Shown piece after piece: positions 8,777 to 18,100 of a stretch of DNA of 24,762 nucleotides. Under the pieces are notes generated by a model that was given only the letters and a program-made list of their open reading frames with translations, searched no databases and had not been told where the DNA came from. A program made the position numbers and the translations under genes. Origin of the DNA: Pedosphaera sp. (GTDB lineage: Bacteria; Verrucomicrobiota; Verrucomicrobiia; Limisphaerales; SIBH01); the NCBI GenBank assembly GCA_031414955.1, contig JANOQV010000183.1, positions 1 to 24,762 on the forward strand, given 5' to 3'. Every line of letters begins with the position of its first letter. The stretch's first letter is position 1.

Positions 8777-10243
8777 CTAATTCTCGTTCCAGGAAGTGAT
8801 GGTGAAGCCGCGCCAGAGACCGAGGCGACCGAGGGCTTCGTCGTAGTGGACGCTGTAATGGCCGACGAAGCGAAAGGACTTGGCCGTGATGGCGCCGGAG
8901 AAGTCATTGTCATCCCGGCCACCGCCATCCAGGGTCACGGCCGCATTCGGGGCATAGACCGCGCTGGTGATTTCGCCGTTACCACCCAGGGTGAGTGAGG
9001 TCAAAATGGGCAGGCCAAAGATGTAACATTGGTCTGGCCGGCCCTGCGAATTGATGATGCCGTTCCCTTGGATGGTCGCCGAGACGCAGTTGAGGTAGAT
9101 GGTGATGTTGGCATTGGTGGCGATGGTCATGGAGTCGTTGACCCCGGCGAACTTCCAGCCACTGGTCACCTGGAGGCGCACGTTGGGAGCGTTGATGAGG
9201 ATTTTGCCGCTGATTACTCCCAAGCTTTTGATGTAATCCCCGCTCGAGCTGATGATCACATCGTAGAGGACGCCGCCCACGATCCCGCCGGTGACAGGCA
9301 TGGGACTCCAGGTGGTCACAGGCAATTTCACATCGGGAAATTCCACGTTCATGTCGTCCGTGGAGAAGCCGGGCTGAATGGTGCCGGCCGCCCCGGTGGC
9401 CTGATAGTTGGCGTCGCCCACCTTGCCTTGCGAGCCAATGGCCACCGTGCCCCGCGGGCCGGTGGCCACATGGCCCCAGATGTTGGCCTGGCCCACGTTC
9501 ACGGCGTTGGTCACGGTGTCATTGCTGGCGATGTCGCCGTGATCGCGATGTTGCGCAAAGGTCCAGCGACCATCGGTGCTGAAACTGGTGTTCCGGGAGT
9601 CGTAGCTGTCGGTGAAGATGTTGTTGCCGTTCAGGTCGATGCCATATTTGGCCACGAGCGCCTTGGTGAACATGGGGTTGTTGGTCAGACCGCACGAGAC
9701 CAGGCGGCGGGTGAACTGGGAATCGTAAATGTCATCGTTCTCGTCGCCGTAGCGCACGGTGGGATAGGTCGGGAATTGCACCGCCGCCAGCATGGGCCCG
9801 CCGGAATAATGCCGGGCGTAAGTATTACCGTGCTTCACATAAGACGCCGCCGAAACCACGGGGAAGTTGGTCGTGGTGCCGTCCCACTGGTCGATGGCGA
9901 CACAATACCAGTCCCTGTCCACGCGGCCCCACTTGTACCACGGACCGGTGGCGGAGCCTCCGTTGTCCCAGCCTTCGGTGGCGCGGCTGAGGTCGGCCAC
10001 ATTCACGATGCCGCTGGGTCCGGGCATGCCGTGCATGTTCAGGAGGGCCATGGCCTCTTCGATGCCAGCCTCGACCACAGGAATGCTGCGGTTCCAAGTC
10101 TGGGATCGGCCGGTGAGGCGATTTTGCACGCCGACGAGTTTAAGATAGGCGCCGAGCATGACGCCCATGACCACCATCGTGACGATGATGGTCATGAAGG
10201 TCAGGCCGCGACGGCCGGACCGAGTGGAGAGATGTGTTTTCAT
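8777..10243 (-). CDS. PilX/GspK-like pilin-type protein with a large C-terminal Gly/Asn-rich beta domain (possible adhesin)
   Basis: RRG|LTFMTIIVTMVVMGVMLGAYL prepilin-like N-terminus lacking Glu5, and AGIEEAMALLN (PilX-like). C-terminal AVYAPNAAVTLDGGG..FSGAITAKS beta-solenoid-like motif. Confidence 0.72.
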   Translation of the reverse strand: MKTHLSTRSGRRGLTFMTIIVTMVVMGVMLGAYLKLVGVQNRLTGRSQTWNRSIPVVEAGIEEAMALLNMHGMPGPSGIVNVADLSRATEGWDNGGSATGPWYKWGRVDRDWYCVAIDQWDGTTTNFPVVSAASYVKHGNTYARHYSGGPMLAAVQFPTYPTVRYGDENDDIYDSQFTRRLVSCGLTNNPMFTKALVAKYGIDLNGNNIFTDSYDSRNTSFSTDGRWTFAQHRDHGDIASNDTVTNAVNVGQANIWGHVATGPRGTVAIGSQGKVGDANYQATGAAGTIQPGFSTDDMNVEFPDVKLPVTTWSPMPVTGGIVGGVLYDVIISSSGDYIKSLGVISGKILINAPNVRLQVTSGWKFAGVNDSMTIATNANITIYLNCVSATIQGNGIINSQGRPDQCYIFGLPILTSLTLGGNGEITSAVYAPNAAVTLDGGGRDDNDFSGAITAKSFRFVGHYSVHYDEALGRLGLWRGFTITSWNEN

Positions 10244-10264
10244 AATTGGCGGAGGTGTTTCTGA

Positions 10265-10834
10265 TTACTGCTTGCGGATGACGATTTTGGCGGTCTGGAC
10301 GCTTTCGGTGTTGAGCTTGCTGCCCAGGATGCTGCGGGAACAAATCCAACTCACGCTGATCACCTTGGCCGTGGCGAGGGCGTTGGCGTTATTGGCGATG
10401 GGGAATTGATCGAAGTTGTTGCCGGTGGGCGCGCGCATAAAAACCTGGAAGCAGAGGTACTCCACGTTGGTCAGCATCATGTCCGTCACCCCGCCCTTGG
10501 TCTTGAACAGGCAATTATTGGTGAACTGATAGGTGAGCGGCTGGTTGTCGAAATCAAGGAAGTTGAGCGTGTTGGTGATGGTTCGCCCGTTGAGCGTAGT
10601 GGTGCCGTAGCTGGAAAGCGCGCGAGTCTGGCGCACATCCTTCAACATGGAATCCACCGCCGTCTGGCTCATCTGCTCCAGGTCCACGTAATTGTACATG
10701 GCCGCGAACGTCTTGGCCGCGTACACGCTGAAGGAGAGCACGACCGTCAGGATGAGGCCCGAGATGGCAATGGCCATCGACATCTCCACCAGGGTGAAGG
10801 CGGCCCGCGTCCTGGACTGGAGGTTAGTAAACAT
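10265..10834 (-). CDS. Prepilin-type N-terminal cleavage protein (PilW/GspJ-like)
   Basis: RTRAA|FTLVEMSMAIAISGLIL class III signal. ATG at 10834 overlaps the end of the upstream gene. Confidence 0.85.
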   Translation of the reverse strand: MFTNLQSRTRAAFTLVEMSMAIAISGLILTVVLSFSVYAAKTFAAMYNYVDLEQMSQTAVDSMLKDVRQTRALSSYGTTTLNGRTITNTLNFLDFDNQPLTYQFTNNCLFKTKGGVTDMMLTNVEYLCFQVFMRAPTGNNFDQFPIANNANALATAKVISVSWICSRSILGSKLNTESVQTAKIVIRKQ

Positions 10835-11312
10835 AATTCTGCAGGCCGTTGCGGGTGACAAAGGTGCTCATGGTCCGGACGCGGTTGGTTCGACCCAACT
10901 CTCCCCAGTCGAGGCGAATGGTCACTTTCTTCATGTCGGCGGCGTAGCTCGCTCCGACGTTGTAAATGCCGCCCACCGGACAATTCGCGACCGTGATCCG
11001 TCCGGTGTAGGTCATGCCGCTGTTGGTTCCGTTGATGGTGTAATAGGGAATGGACAGGGTGTTGGTGGGAATGTAACGGGGGTTGGTGTTGGTGACCTGA
11101 GTCCAAGTGAGGAGCCGGACCACTTCCAACTGCTGGACCATGATCTGCGTGGCCCGGGCATTCTCGCGGGCCAGCTTGATCATCCTGAACCCAGTCCCCA
11201 GTCCGGCATAGAGCGCGGTGAACATGATCCCGGCCATGGCCATGGCGAAGAGGGCATCGACCATGGTCATACCCCGGCTCCGGCTTCTAGGGCCGACTCG
11301 GCGGAGATTCAT
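10824..11312 (-). CDS. Prepilin-type protein (PilV/GspI-like)
   Basis: RSRSRG|MTMVDALFAMAMAGIMFTALY, RENARATQIM, and C-terminal MKKVTIRLDW. ATG at 11312 lies downstream of a sigma54 motif. Confidence 0.8.
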   Translation of the reverse strand: MNLRRVGPRSRSRGMTMVDALFAMAMAGIMFTALYAGLGTGFRMIKLARENARATQIMVQQLEVVRLLTWTQVTNTNPRYIPTNTLSIPYYTINGTNSGMTYTGRITVANCPVGGIYNVGASYAADMKKVTIRLDWGELGRTNRVRTMSTFVTRNGLQNYVY

Positions 11313-11354
11313 CGCTCGAACCTTTCCATTGATTGAAACATGCACTGGAAGGTT

Positions 11355-11370
11355 AGCAGCAACGCTGCCA
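11355..11370 (-). promoter_or_regulatory. Candidate sigma54 (-24/-12) promoter
   Basis: Minus strand TGGCAGCGTTGCTGCT has exact GG-N10-GC spacing, 42 bp upstream of ATG 11312. Confidence 0.6.
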
Positions 11371-11558
11371 GAGGCCGGGCTTCGGCTCGCGCATCCCGGG
11401 AAGTCAGTAATCAGGCCGTTGCGATCCGCCATCGTCCTGTTTAGACCGGAAGCACTGCACGGATTATGGAAAGGCGACGGTGATTTCTGGACAATCGGCC
11501 GCGAGCCGGGGAAGGAGCCCGGTCGCCGTCCGGAAGGGCTTCGAGAGCCAGGCCCGCG

Positions 11559-11993
11559 CTACGGCTCCGGCGGGCGGGGCGCGGCACCCTGCGCCTGTTG
11601 GGGCACCAGCACGATGGGCAGCGGGTAGCGCAGCTTCATCACGTCGTCCACCAGCACCTCGACGAAATAAACTCCCGGCACGGCAAACTCGATCTGGCCG
11701 AGGACGGTGACGTTGGTGGCCGAATGGGTGGCCTCCTGCAAGGCGAACTTCACCTCGCCCTTGCGCAGGACGGTCAACTGATCGGGCGCGAGCAGACGCA
11801 CGCTCTCCGTGAACTGCCCCACCCCGGCCGTCCAGCGGTTGAAGATGCAAATCTTCTGCGCGCTGACGGGCACATGGGGCACGCGGACAAAGTTCATGAC
11901 CCCGAGCAGAATAAAATTGCCGGTGACTTCTTGCCGGATGTCTTCGCAAAGCAGCGAGCATTGCAGATCGGGAAGGATGCGGGTGGGTTGCAT
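11559..11993 (-). CDS. Conserved hypothetical all-beta protein (DUF6941-like)
   Basis: LLCEDIRQEVTGNFILLGV N-terminus and IEFAVPGVYFVEVLVDD C-terminus. It follows folD. The family name is from recall. Confidence 0.7.
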   Translation of the reverse strand: MQPTRILPDLQCSLLCEDIRQEVTGNFILLGVMNFVRVPHVPVSAQKICIFNRWTAGVGQFTESVRLLAPDQLTVLRKGEVKFALQEATHSATNVTVLGQIEFAVPGVYFVEVLVDDVMKLRYPLPIVLVPQQAQGAAPRPPEP

Positions 11994-12017
11994 GTCAGTA
12001 ATCAGTAAACAAGTGAA

Positions 12018-12908
12018 TCAGTGGTTCGTGCTCAGTTCGGCGGCACGGACGGTGTTTTGCATGAGCACGGCGATGGTCATGGGACCGACCCCGCCGGGGT
12101 TGGGGGTGATCTTTCCAGCGATGGGCTGGACTTCGGCAAAGGCCACGTCACCAACGAGGCGAGTGCCACCAGGAGCGGCCGGGTCGGCGAGTCGGTTTAC
12201 GCCGACGTCGATCACGGTCGCGCCGGGTTTCACCATGTCGGCCTTCACAAATTCCGCCACGCCCAGAGCGGCGATCAGAATGTCCGCGCGGCGGCAATGC
12301 GCGCCGAGATCGCGAGTGCGCGAATGGCAGATGGTCACCGTGGCGTTGGCGTGCTTCGCCTTCTGGCACAGGATCGCGGCCATCGGTTTGCCCACGATCT
12401 CGCCCCGACCAAGAATCACCACTTCCGCGCCGTCCGTCGGCACACCGGAACGAATCAACAGTTCCTGGATGCCGGCCGGGGTGCAGGAACGAAAGCCCGT
12501 GGTGTCGCCCAGCATCAGCTTGCCCACGTTGACGGGATGGAAGCCATCCACATCCTTGTGCGGCGCAACCGACGCGTAGATCACTTCCTGACGGATGTGC
12601 TTGGGCACCGGAGCTTGAACCAGGATGCCGTGAACGCGCGGGTCGTTATTCAGCGACTGGATGATGTCCAGCAATTGCGCCTCGGTGGTGTTCTCGGGGA
12701 GCACGCGCGTGTCAGACCAGATCCCGAGCCGAGCGGAAATCCTCGCCTTCATCTCCACGTAAACTTTGGAGGCAGGATCCTCGCCGACGCGGACGAAGAC
12801 GAGGCCAGGTTGCACGCCACAACTCTTCAGGGCGGCGATTCGTGAGGACGTTTCGGCGTGAAGTTGTTCCGCGAGGGCGCGGCCGTCGATGAGGTTGCTC
12901 GCGGCCAT
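12018..12908 (-). CDS. folD: Bifunctional methylene-THF dehydrogenase/cyclohydrolase
   Basis: LIDGRALA, VGEDPASKVY, LNNDPRVHGILVQ, KDVDGFHPVNVG, ITPNPGGVGPMTIAVL. TGATG overlap with the upstream gene. Confidence 0.97.
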   Translation of the reverse strand: MAASNLIDGRALAEQLHAETSSRIAALKSCGVQPGLVFVRVGEDPASKVYVEMKARISARLGIWSDTRVLPENTTEAQLLDIIQSLNNDPRVHGILVQAPVPKHIRQEVIYASVAPHKDVDGFHPVNVGKLMLGDTTGFRSCTPAGIQELLIRSGVPTDGAEVVILGRGEIVGKPMAAILCQKAKHANATVTICHSRTRDLGAHCRRADILIAALGVAEFVKADMVKPGATVIDVGVNRLADPAAPGGTRLVGDVAFAEVQPIAGKITPNPGGVGPMTIAVLMQNTVRAAELSTNH

Positions 12909-14038
12909 CAAGGCACGGACTGGAGGGAATCCACGATGATGACGGGCGTGTTCATCCAGCGTTCGTCGAGCAGTTCCTCCCCGGTGACAACGATGCGCTT
13001 CCCCTTGAATTCTTTGAGCAGCAGGTTCGTGGACGGGCTGTAAACGTAGTTGATCGTCTTGCCGGTATCGAGACTGCGCAGTTCAAAATAAGTGGGAGCC
13101 TGAATGCTCACGCTGCCTTTGAGAATGCCCTCGCGGCTGGCGATCTTTTTCACCTTTTCGATCGGCGCGTCGGCCGGAAGCTCGGCGATCACGGGCGTCA
13201 CGGGAACGGCGGGAGGATTGTCCGCGGCGGGAACGGTGGGTGGTGCCACCGGAGGAGCCGTCACGTCATTGCCGGGCACAACGGTGGCCGGAGGTGGCGT
13301 GACCTCAGTGATCACGGGCGGCGGAACAACGGCAACTTCCGGCGCCTTGACGGGCGGTGCGACCACGGCTCCCGGCGTCCGCTCCAAGAGGTGGGCGGCG
13401 ACAAAGCCAAACGAGTTCGTCGGCGTTTCGATCTTGATCCATTCCCCCTTGGTCTCCACCGACTTGATGGCATCGCCCTTGGCCAAGGTGCCGAGGATGC
13501 TGAAATTTTCCCCGGGGCCGCCCCGCAGATTGAGCTTCTTGACCTTCACCGTGGAAGCGGCGGCATCAATGAACGAAGAGTGGATCCAAACAGGAACCTT
13601 GGGCGGGAGCGCAATCTTATACCAGCGCGCCGGCTCGTCCTGCTTGGGCTTTTTAATGGTGATTTCCTCGAGCACGGTGATGGCTTCGCCTTTTTGCAGA
13701 TGCGCGATGGCCTCGCTGTTAATCTTGGCCTGACCGCGCACATTGACGTTGTTCTGGCGCGCGACGCCCGGCTCGGGCGCGAGCAGCGGAGGAGACTGGG
13801 GTTCCGCCTTTGGCTCCACTTTCTTGGCGGTCGATTTTACGGCGGGCTTGGCCACCGGCTTGGTGACGGCCTTTTTCGCGGGCGCTTTCGCCGGGGCATC
13901 GCTCTTGTCCGGAGCGATCACAATGGCGGGCGCAGCATTGCCGGGAGGTGCCGCCGGGACGTCTTGCGCGACGGCGGGCATGAGCGTGAGGCCGGTCACG
14001 AGCGACGCGGCAAGAATGGAACTGAACGAAAATTTCAT
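12908..14038 (-). CDS. Exported protein with two bacterial SH3 domains and Pro-rich linkers
   Basis: Signal peptide, NVNVRGQA...WYKI and KLNLRGGPGENFSILGTL...GEWIKI SH3b-like repeats. Confidence 0.85.
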   Translation of the reverse strand: MKFSFSSILAASLVTGLTLMPAVAQDVPAAPPGNAAPAIVIAPDKSDAPAKAPAKKAVTKPVAKPAVKSTAKKVEPKAEPQSPPLLAPEPGVARQNNVNVRGQAKINSEAIAHLQKGEAITVLEEITIKKPKQDEPARWYKIALPPKVPVWIHSSFIDAAASTVKVKKLNLRGGPGENFSILGTLAKGDAIKSVETKGEWIKIETPTNSFGFVAAHLLERTPGAVVAPPVKAPEVAVVPPPVITEVTPPPATVVPGNDVTAPPVAPPTVPAADNPPAVPVTPVIAELPADAPIEKVKKIASREGILKGSVSIQAPTYFELRSLDTGKTINYVYSPSTNLLLKEFKGKRIVVTGEELLDERWMNTPVIIVDSLQSVP

Positions 14039-14745
14039 AGACCGCCAAGTAGAGATTTAATCTCGGCCTCTGTCAACGCCCGCCAACGTCCCGGACGCAA
14101 CTCCCCCAGTTTGATGGGACCGATCTGGATGCGCTGCAATTTGATCACGTTGCAGCCCAGCACCTCGAACATGCGGCGCAGCTCGCGGTATTTGCCTTCG
14201 GCCAGTTCGATCTCCAGCAGGGTGGTGCCCTGGCCAGTGGCCAGAACGCGGGCGCGCTCAGCCTTGAGCTTTTCGCCCTCGTGCGTCACTCCTTTGATCA
14301 ATTGGCCAGTCAATTCCTGATCCGCCCGGCCCTCGACGGTGACGCGATACTTCTTGCGCACGCCATAGCGCGGATGAGTGAGCTTGAGGCAGAAATCACC
14401 GTCGTTGGTGAGGAAAATCAGACCTTCGCTGGCGCAATCAAGCCGGCCCACGGAAACGAGGTTTGACCAGTCCTCGGGCAACAGTTCGCTGATGATCTTG
14501 CGGCTCTCCGGATCGCGCCGGGTGCAGATGTAACCCGGCGGTTTGTTCAAGGCCACGTAGAGCTTGCGCCGGGCTTTGAGGGGGCGGGCATCGACCGTGA
14601 CGTGGTCGTGCAAGGGATCGATCTTGGTGCCGAGCTCGGTGACGGCGTGGCCGTTCACCGCCACGCGGCCTTCAAGAATGATCTGCTCGCTGGCCCGCCG
14701 GGAAGCCAGTCCCGCTTCGGCGAGAAATTTTTGCAGGCGAACCAT
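14035..14745 (-). CDS. rRNA pseudouridine synthase, RsuA/RluB family
   Basis: MVRLQKFLAEAGLASRR S4 domain, LNKPPGY, catalytic VGRLD, LTNDGD, LTHPRY. Confidence 0.95.
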   Translation of the reverse strand: MVRLQKFLAEAGLASRRASEQIILEGRVAVNGHAVTELGTKIDPLHDHVTVDARPLKARRKLYVALNKPPGYICTRRDPESRKIISELLPEDWSNLVSVGRLDCASEGLIFLTNDGDFCLKLTHPRYGVRKKYRVTVEGRADQELTGQLIKGVTHEGEKLKAERARVLATGQGTTLLEIELAEGKYRELRRMFEVLGCNVIKLQRIQIGPIKLGELRPGRWRALTEAEIKSLLGGL

Positions 14746-14758
14746 GAGGCAAGCGCGC

Positions 14759-14815
14759 ATGACGAATGACGAATGACGAACGGGTCAGCCACCCTCGTCA
14801 TTCGTGCCTCGTCAT
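14759..14815. repeat. Short inverted heptamer element (ATGACGA / TCGTCAT)
   Basis: (ATGACGA)x3 at 14759-14779 and TCGTCAT-TCGTGCC-TCGTCAT at 14795-14815. Confidence 0.75.
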
Positions 14816-14821
14816 TTGCCG

Positions 14822-14977
14822 TCAGGCGTCGGGCTTGGTCTTGCGCAGGCCGGTCACGCGGTCGCCGGACTTCCATTGCCCGCGTTTCTTGAGCAATTCG
14901 ACGCGCTCGAAACGCTTCAAGACGTTGCGTTTTGCGCCCAAGTTGCTCGAAGCGCGCAGGCTGTTATGCAGTGCCAT
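14822..14977 (-). CDS. Small basic protein of the PVC superphylum (51 aa)
   Basis: Below the ORF-track cutoff. Manual translation MALHNSLRASSNLGAKRNVLKRFERVELLKKRGQWKSGDRVTGLRKTKPDA matches the H.SL..RNVL.R.ER...L...G.W......GL.K signature. Confidence 0.9.
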   Translation of the reverse strand: MALHNSLRASSNLGAKRNVLKRFERVELLKKRGQWKSGDRVTGLRKTKPDA

Positions 14978-15094
14978 AAAATAAATTCCTCAGTTCCAGC
15001 CGCCCGACTTTCGAGCGGAGCCGGTGCTTGTAGCACGCGGTATGGGCAGGCGCCAGAGGTTATTTTGGCGCTCGGAACATGCAGGCACGCCTTC

Positions 15095-15178
15095 CGGAAC
15101 GCCGAGTCCGCGTGTTCTTCACCTTCGTCATAAGCTGAATGATGCGGTGGGAAGTGATCACGCGGACTCGGCGGTCCG
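15095..15178. repeat. REP-like doublet after the CHAT gene
   Basis: CGGAACGCCGAGTCCGCGTG (15095-15114) and its inverted copy at 15159-15178, with 1 mismatch in 20. Confidence 0.75.
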
Positions 15179-15186
15179 CGCTCCGT

Positions 15187-18100
15187 TCACCGCCACTGCC
15201 CCGTGAGCGTGAAGGCGGCCCAGTAGTAGGGGTTGGAAAAATCCTTCGAGCGCAGCAGCGACAACTGCGCCTCGCGCCAGGCCTGGGCGCGCGGTGCGCC
15301 GCCACGCCAGCGGCGCATGAACTCCGTCATCAGGCGGCTCGTGGCCTGGTCGCTCACCTTCCAATGGCTGGCCAGCACCGACTCCGCGCCCGCGATGCGG
15401 AACGCGCGCCGCAGCGACATCACGCCCTCGCCTGTCTTCACCTCGCCCGAGCCCGAATCGCACGCGCTCAGGATGACCAGTTCCGTCCCCTGCAAGTTCA
15501 GCAACGACGCTTCGAGTCCGGTGAGCAAACCGTCCTCAAGCGCGGAGTGCGGATTGCGGAACGCGGAATTGGTGAAGTGATTCGCTCCCGCCAGCGCGAT
15601 GCCGCAGCGCAGCAGCGGGTTCTCCCAATCATCCTGCGGTGGGGAGAGGCTCCGCCGAGCCGTAAAATCTCCGGCCAGTTGCCAGGCATTCGGAGCATTC
15701 GTGCGCTTGAACTCTTGGTCTTTCTCGTAGAACCCATGCGTGGCCAGATGCAGCACGCGCGGCGACTGCACGGCTTTCAGCTCCGCCTCGCGCGCCTCCG
15801 CGCCCAAGCGCAGCACGCAATCGTTGCCCAGCAACTTCGCCACCGCGCGCGCCTCCTCACCCGCGCCCGGCAACGGCGCGAACCTCTGCCCGCGATACGA
15901 CCGGCTCAACATCTTCGTAGCAGCCGACGTAAGGAGGCTCTGATCCAATTCCGCATTCCGCGTTCCGCGTTCCGCGTTTCCAGATGGAGCCTCCTCACGT
16001 CGGCTGCTACGGGCGCTCAAATCCAAATCAAAATCCGGATTCCCCATCACCAGCGACTTGGAAACAGCCGCCTCCGACTTTGAACTTTGAACCTTGGACT
16101 TTGAACTTTCACCCGCCGCCAGGCGGACGATTTCCCTCCCGCTCCCGACGTAGCTGATTGTTTTCTCCTCAATGAGATATTTTCCGCCCGGCGCGACCGG
16201 CAGCATCTCGAACGGCAGCCGGCTCAACTGCCCGTCGGGACAAACGATGAGATGCGAAAAATTCGTGAGCTGCCGCGCCAGCGGCGCGTACATCAGTTCG
16301 CTCACGCGCTGGAGCGCCGCCGCCAAATCCTTCGCGCGATATTCTCCGGCGGACATGCGCCGGGTGATGGTTTCCACCGCCGCGTCAATGGGCGCGGCTT
16401 CGCCCAAGTCCACGCGCTCCACGACCAGATTCGTCGAGTCCTTCGCCAGCGGGAAGGTGAGGTAGGCGGCGTAGCGGGCTTCCTTCCACTGGTTCGTCCC
16501 GTCTCTGAAATTGGAGCGTCGATACTGGACGAGGTCGATCAGGGCCGCCTGCGTTGGAAGACTGTGAACGATGTCAGCCAGAACCAAATCTCGATCCCGG
16601 ATGGTCTGAGCAACCAGTTCGCTGGCCGTGGCGATCCTTTCCTCAATTTCTCCAAATTCGTGTTCCAACTTGTCTCGTTCAGAGCTTCGCCAAGCCATTC
16701 GCTCTTCCAGCCATGCCGCCTGCTCGATTCGCTCCTTAAACATACTAAGGCGTTTCCTGATTGAGCCTGATTGTTGTCGCAGCTCTTGGACTTGAGCGCG
16801 TTGATCCACTGCGAGTCGTGCAGTCACAGTTTCGATTTCTTCAAGGAGAGCTTTGCTAAATGCCAGATGCTCGGCACCCGCAGCCGACACCGACGGTGCC
16901 AACGCACCTGGATCAAAACGGCAAAAGGAATGAAACCAATCCCATGACATGCGCAGTTCGCCCTGCATGTGCCGGCCACTTGAGCTTTCCTGAAATGTCA
17001 TCTGTCCGACGACGTACCTTCGCCGCCGTCTTGCGGCTTCCAACAGATCGCTGAGACCCTTGGCTCGCTCACCGTTCAATGTTTCGGCAATTGCCAGGTT
17101 TTCCAGATATGTACAGCTGTCGGGGTTGTCTTTCCCATACAACGCATCCGTCATGTCGACACTCTTTTGAAGCGCATCGTTGGCTTCGCCCCACGCTCCG
17201 ATCTGGCTGTACAGATCCCCGAGATTGTTGAGCGTTGTAGCGAGTGCAGGGTGCTTTTCCGGCAGAATCTTCGTTTGTATGGCCAACGCCCGTTGCAGTG
17301 TGCTCAGCGCGCGGCTCCTGTCACCCGCCTCCTCGAAAAGGACCGACATGTTGTTCAGGATGACGGCGATGTCGCGTTGTGAAGAAGTGGTACCGCTCTT
17401 TTCGAATATCCTCAGAGCGCGTTCAAACTGAGTCAGTGCCTTGGCCCGCTCTCCCCTATTCTTGTTGATCAATGCCAACCCGTTCAGGCTGTCGGCGACG
17501 CTAACGTAATCGCCACCGAACTGACGCTCTGCCATTTCAAGGCTCCGATTAAAGAGACGTTCTGCGGCACTGGCGTCGCCTACGTTGCGAAACAGTGTCG
17601 CCAAAGAGTTCAGGCCATCGACCAGTTCACGAGCTTTGTGGGCAGGGGCGTTTTCAAGAATTCGCTGAGCGCGCTCCAGATGGGCAAGGGCGCGCTCAAG
17701 GTTGCCTTGATGATGATAGGCGACGGCCAATGAGCTTAACGTGCTGACAAGGTTGATTGAGGCTCCACCAAAATTGCTTTCCGTGACTACCAGACTTCGA
17801 CGCAATGTTGAAGTGCCCTTTTCGTAATATCCGATTCCCAATTCTGCCACGCCAAGTTGGTTCAAAGCGCCCGCATACATGAACGCAAACTGGAGGTCGT
17901 TCGTGACAGCATTCTTCTCGAATACCGATACGGCCCGTTCAAGAAGCGGCAACGCTTGAGCCTCGTCACCCAACTTTGAGTAAATCGATCCCAAATTGTG
18001 AGAGGCAATCCCGACCTGGATATGAGTTTTTCCCAGCGCCTTTTCACGGATTACGAGGCTCCGCTTCAGACAAACCAGCGCGCCTTCCAAGTCGCCGGCT

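Noticed and set aside
529..14320. Long plus-strand ORFs (e.g. 529-1548, 2349-3338, 5805-7193, 9029-10264, 12021-12845, 13391-14320)
   Set aside because: They are antisense shadows of well-supported minus-strand genes in GC-rich DNA, with no recognisable motifs.
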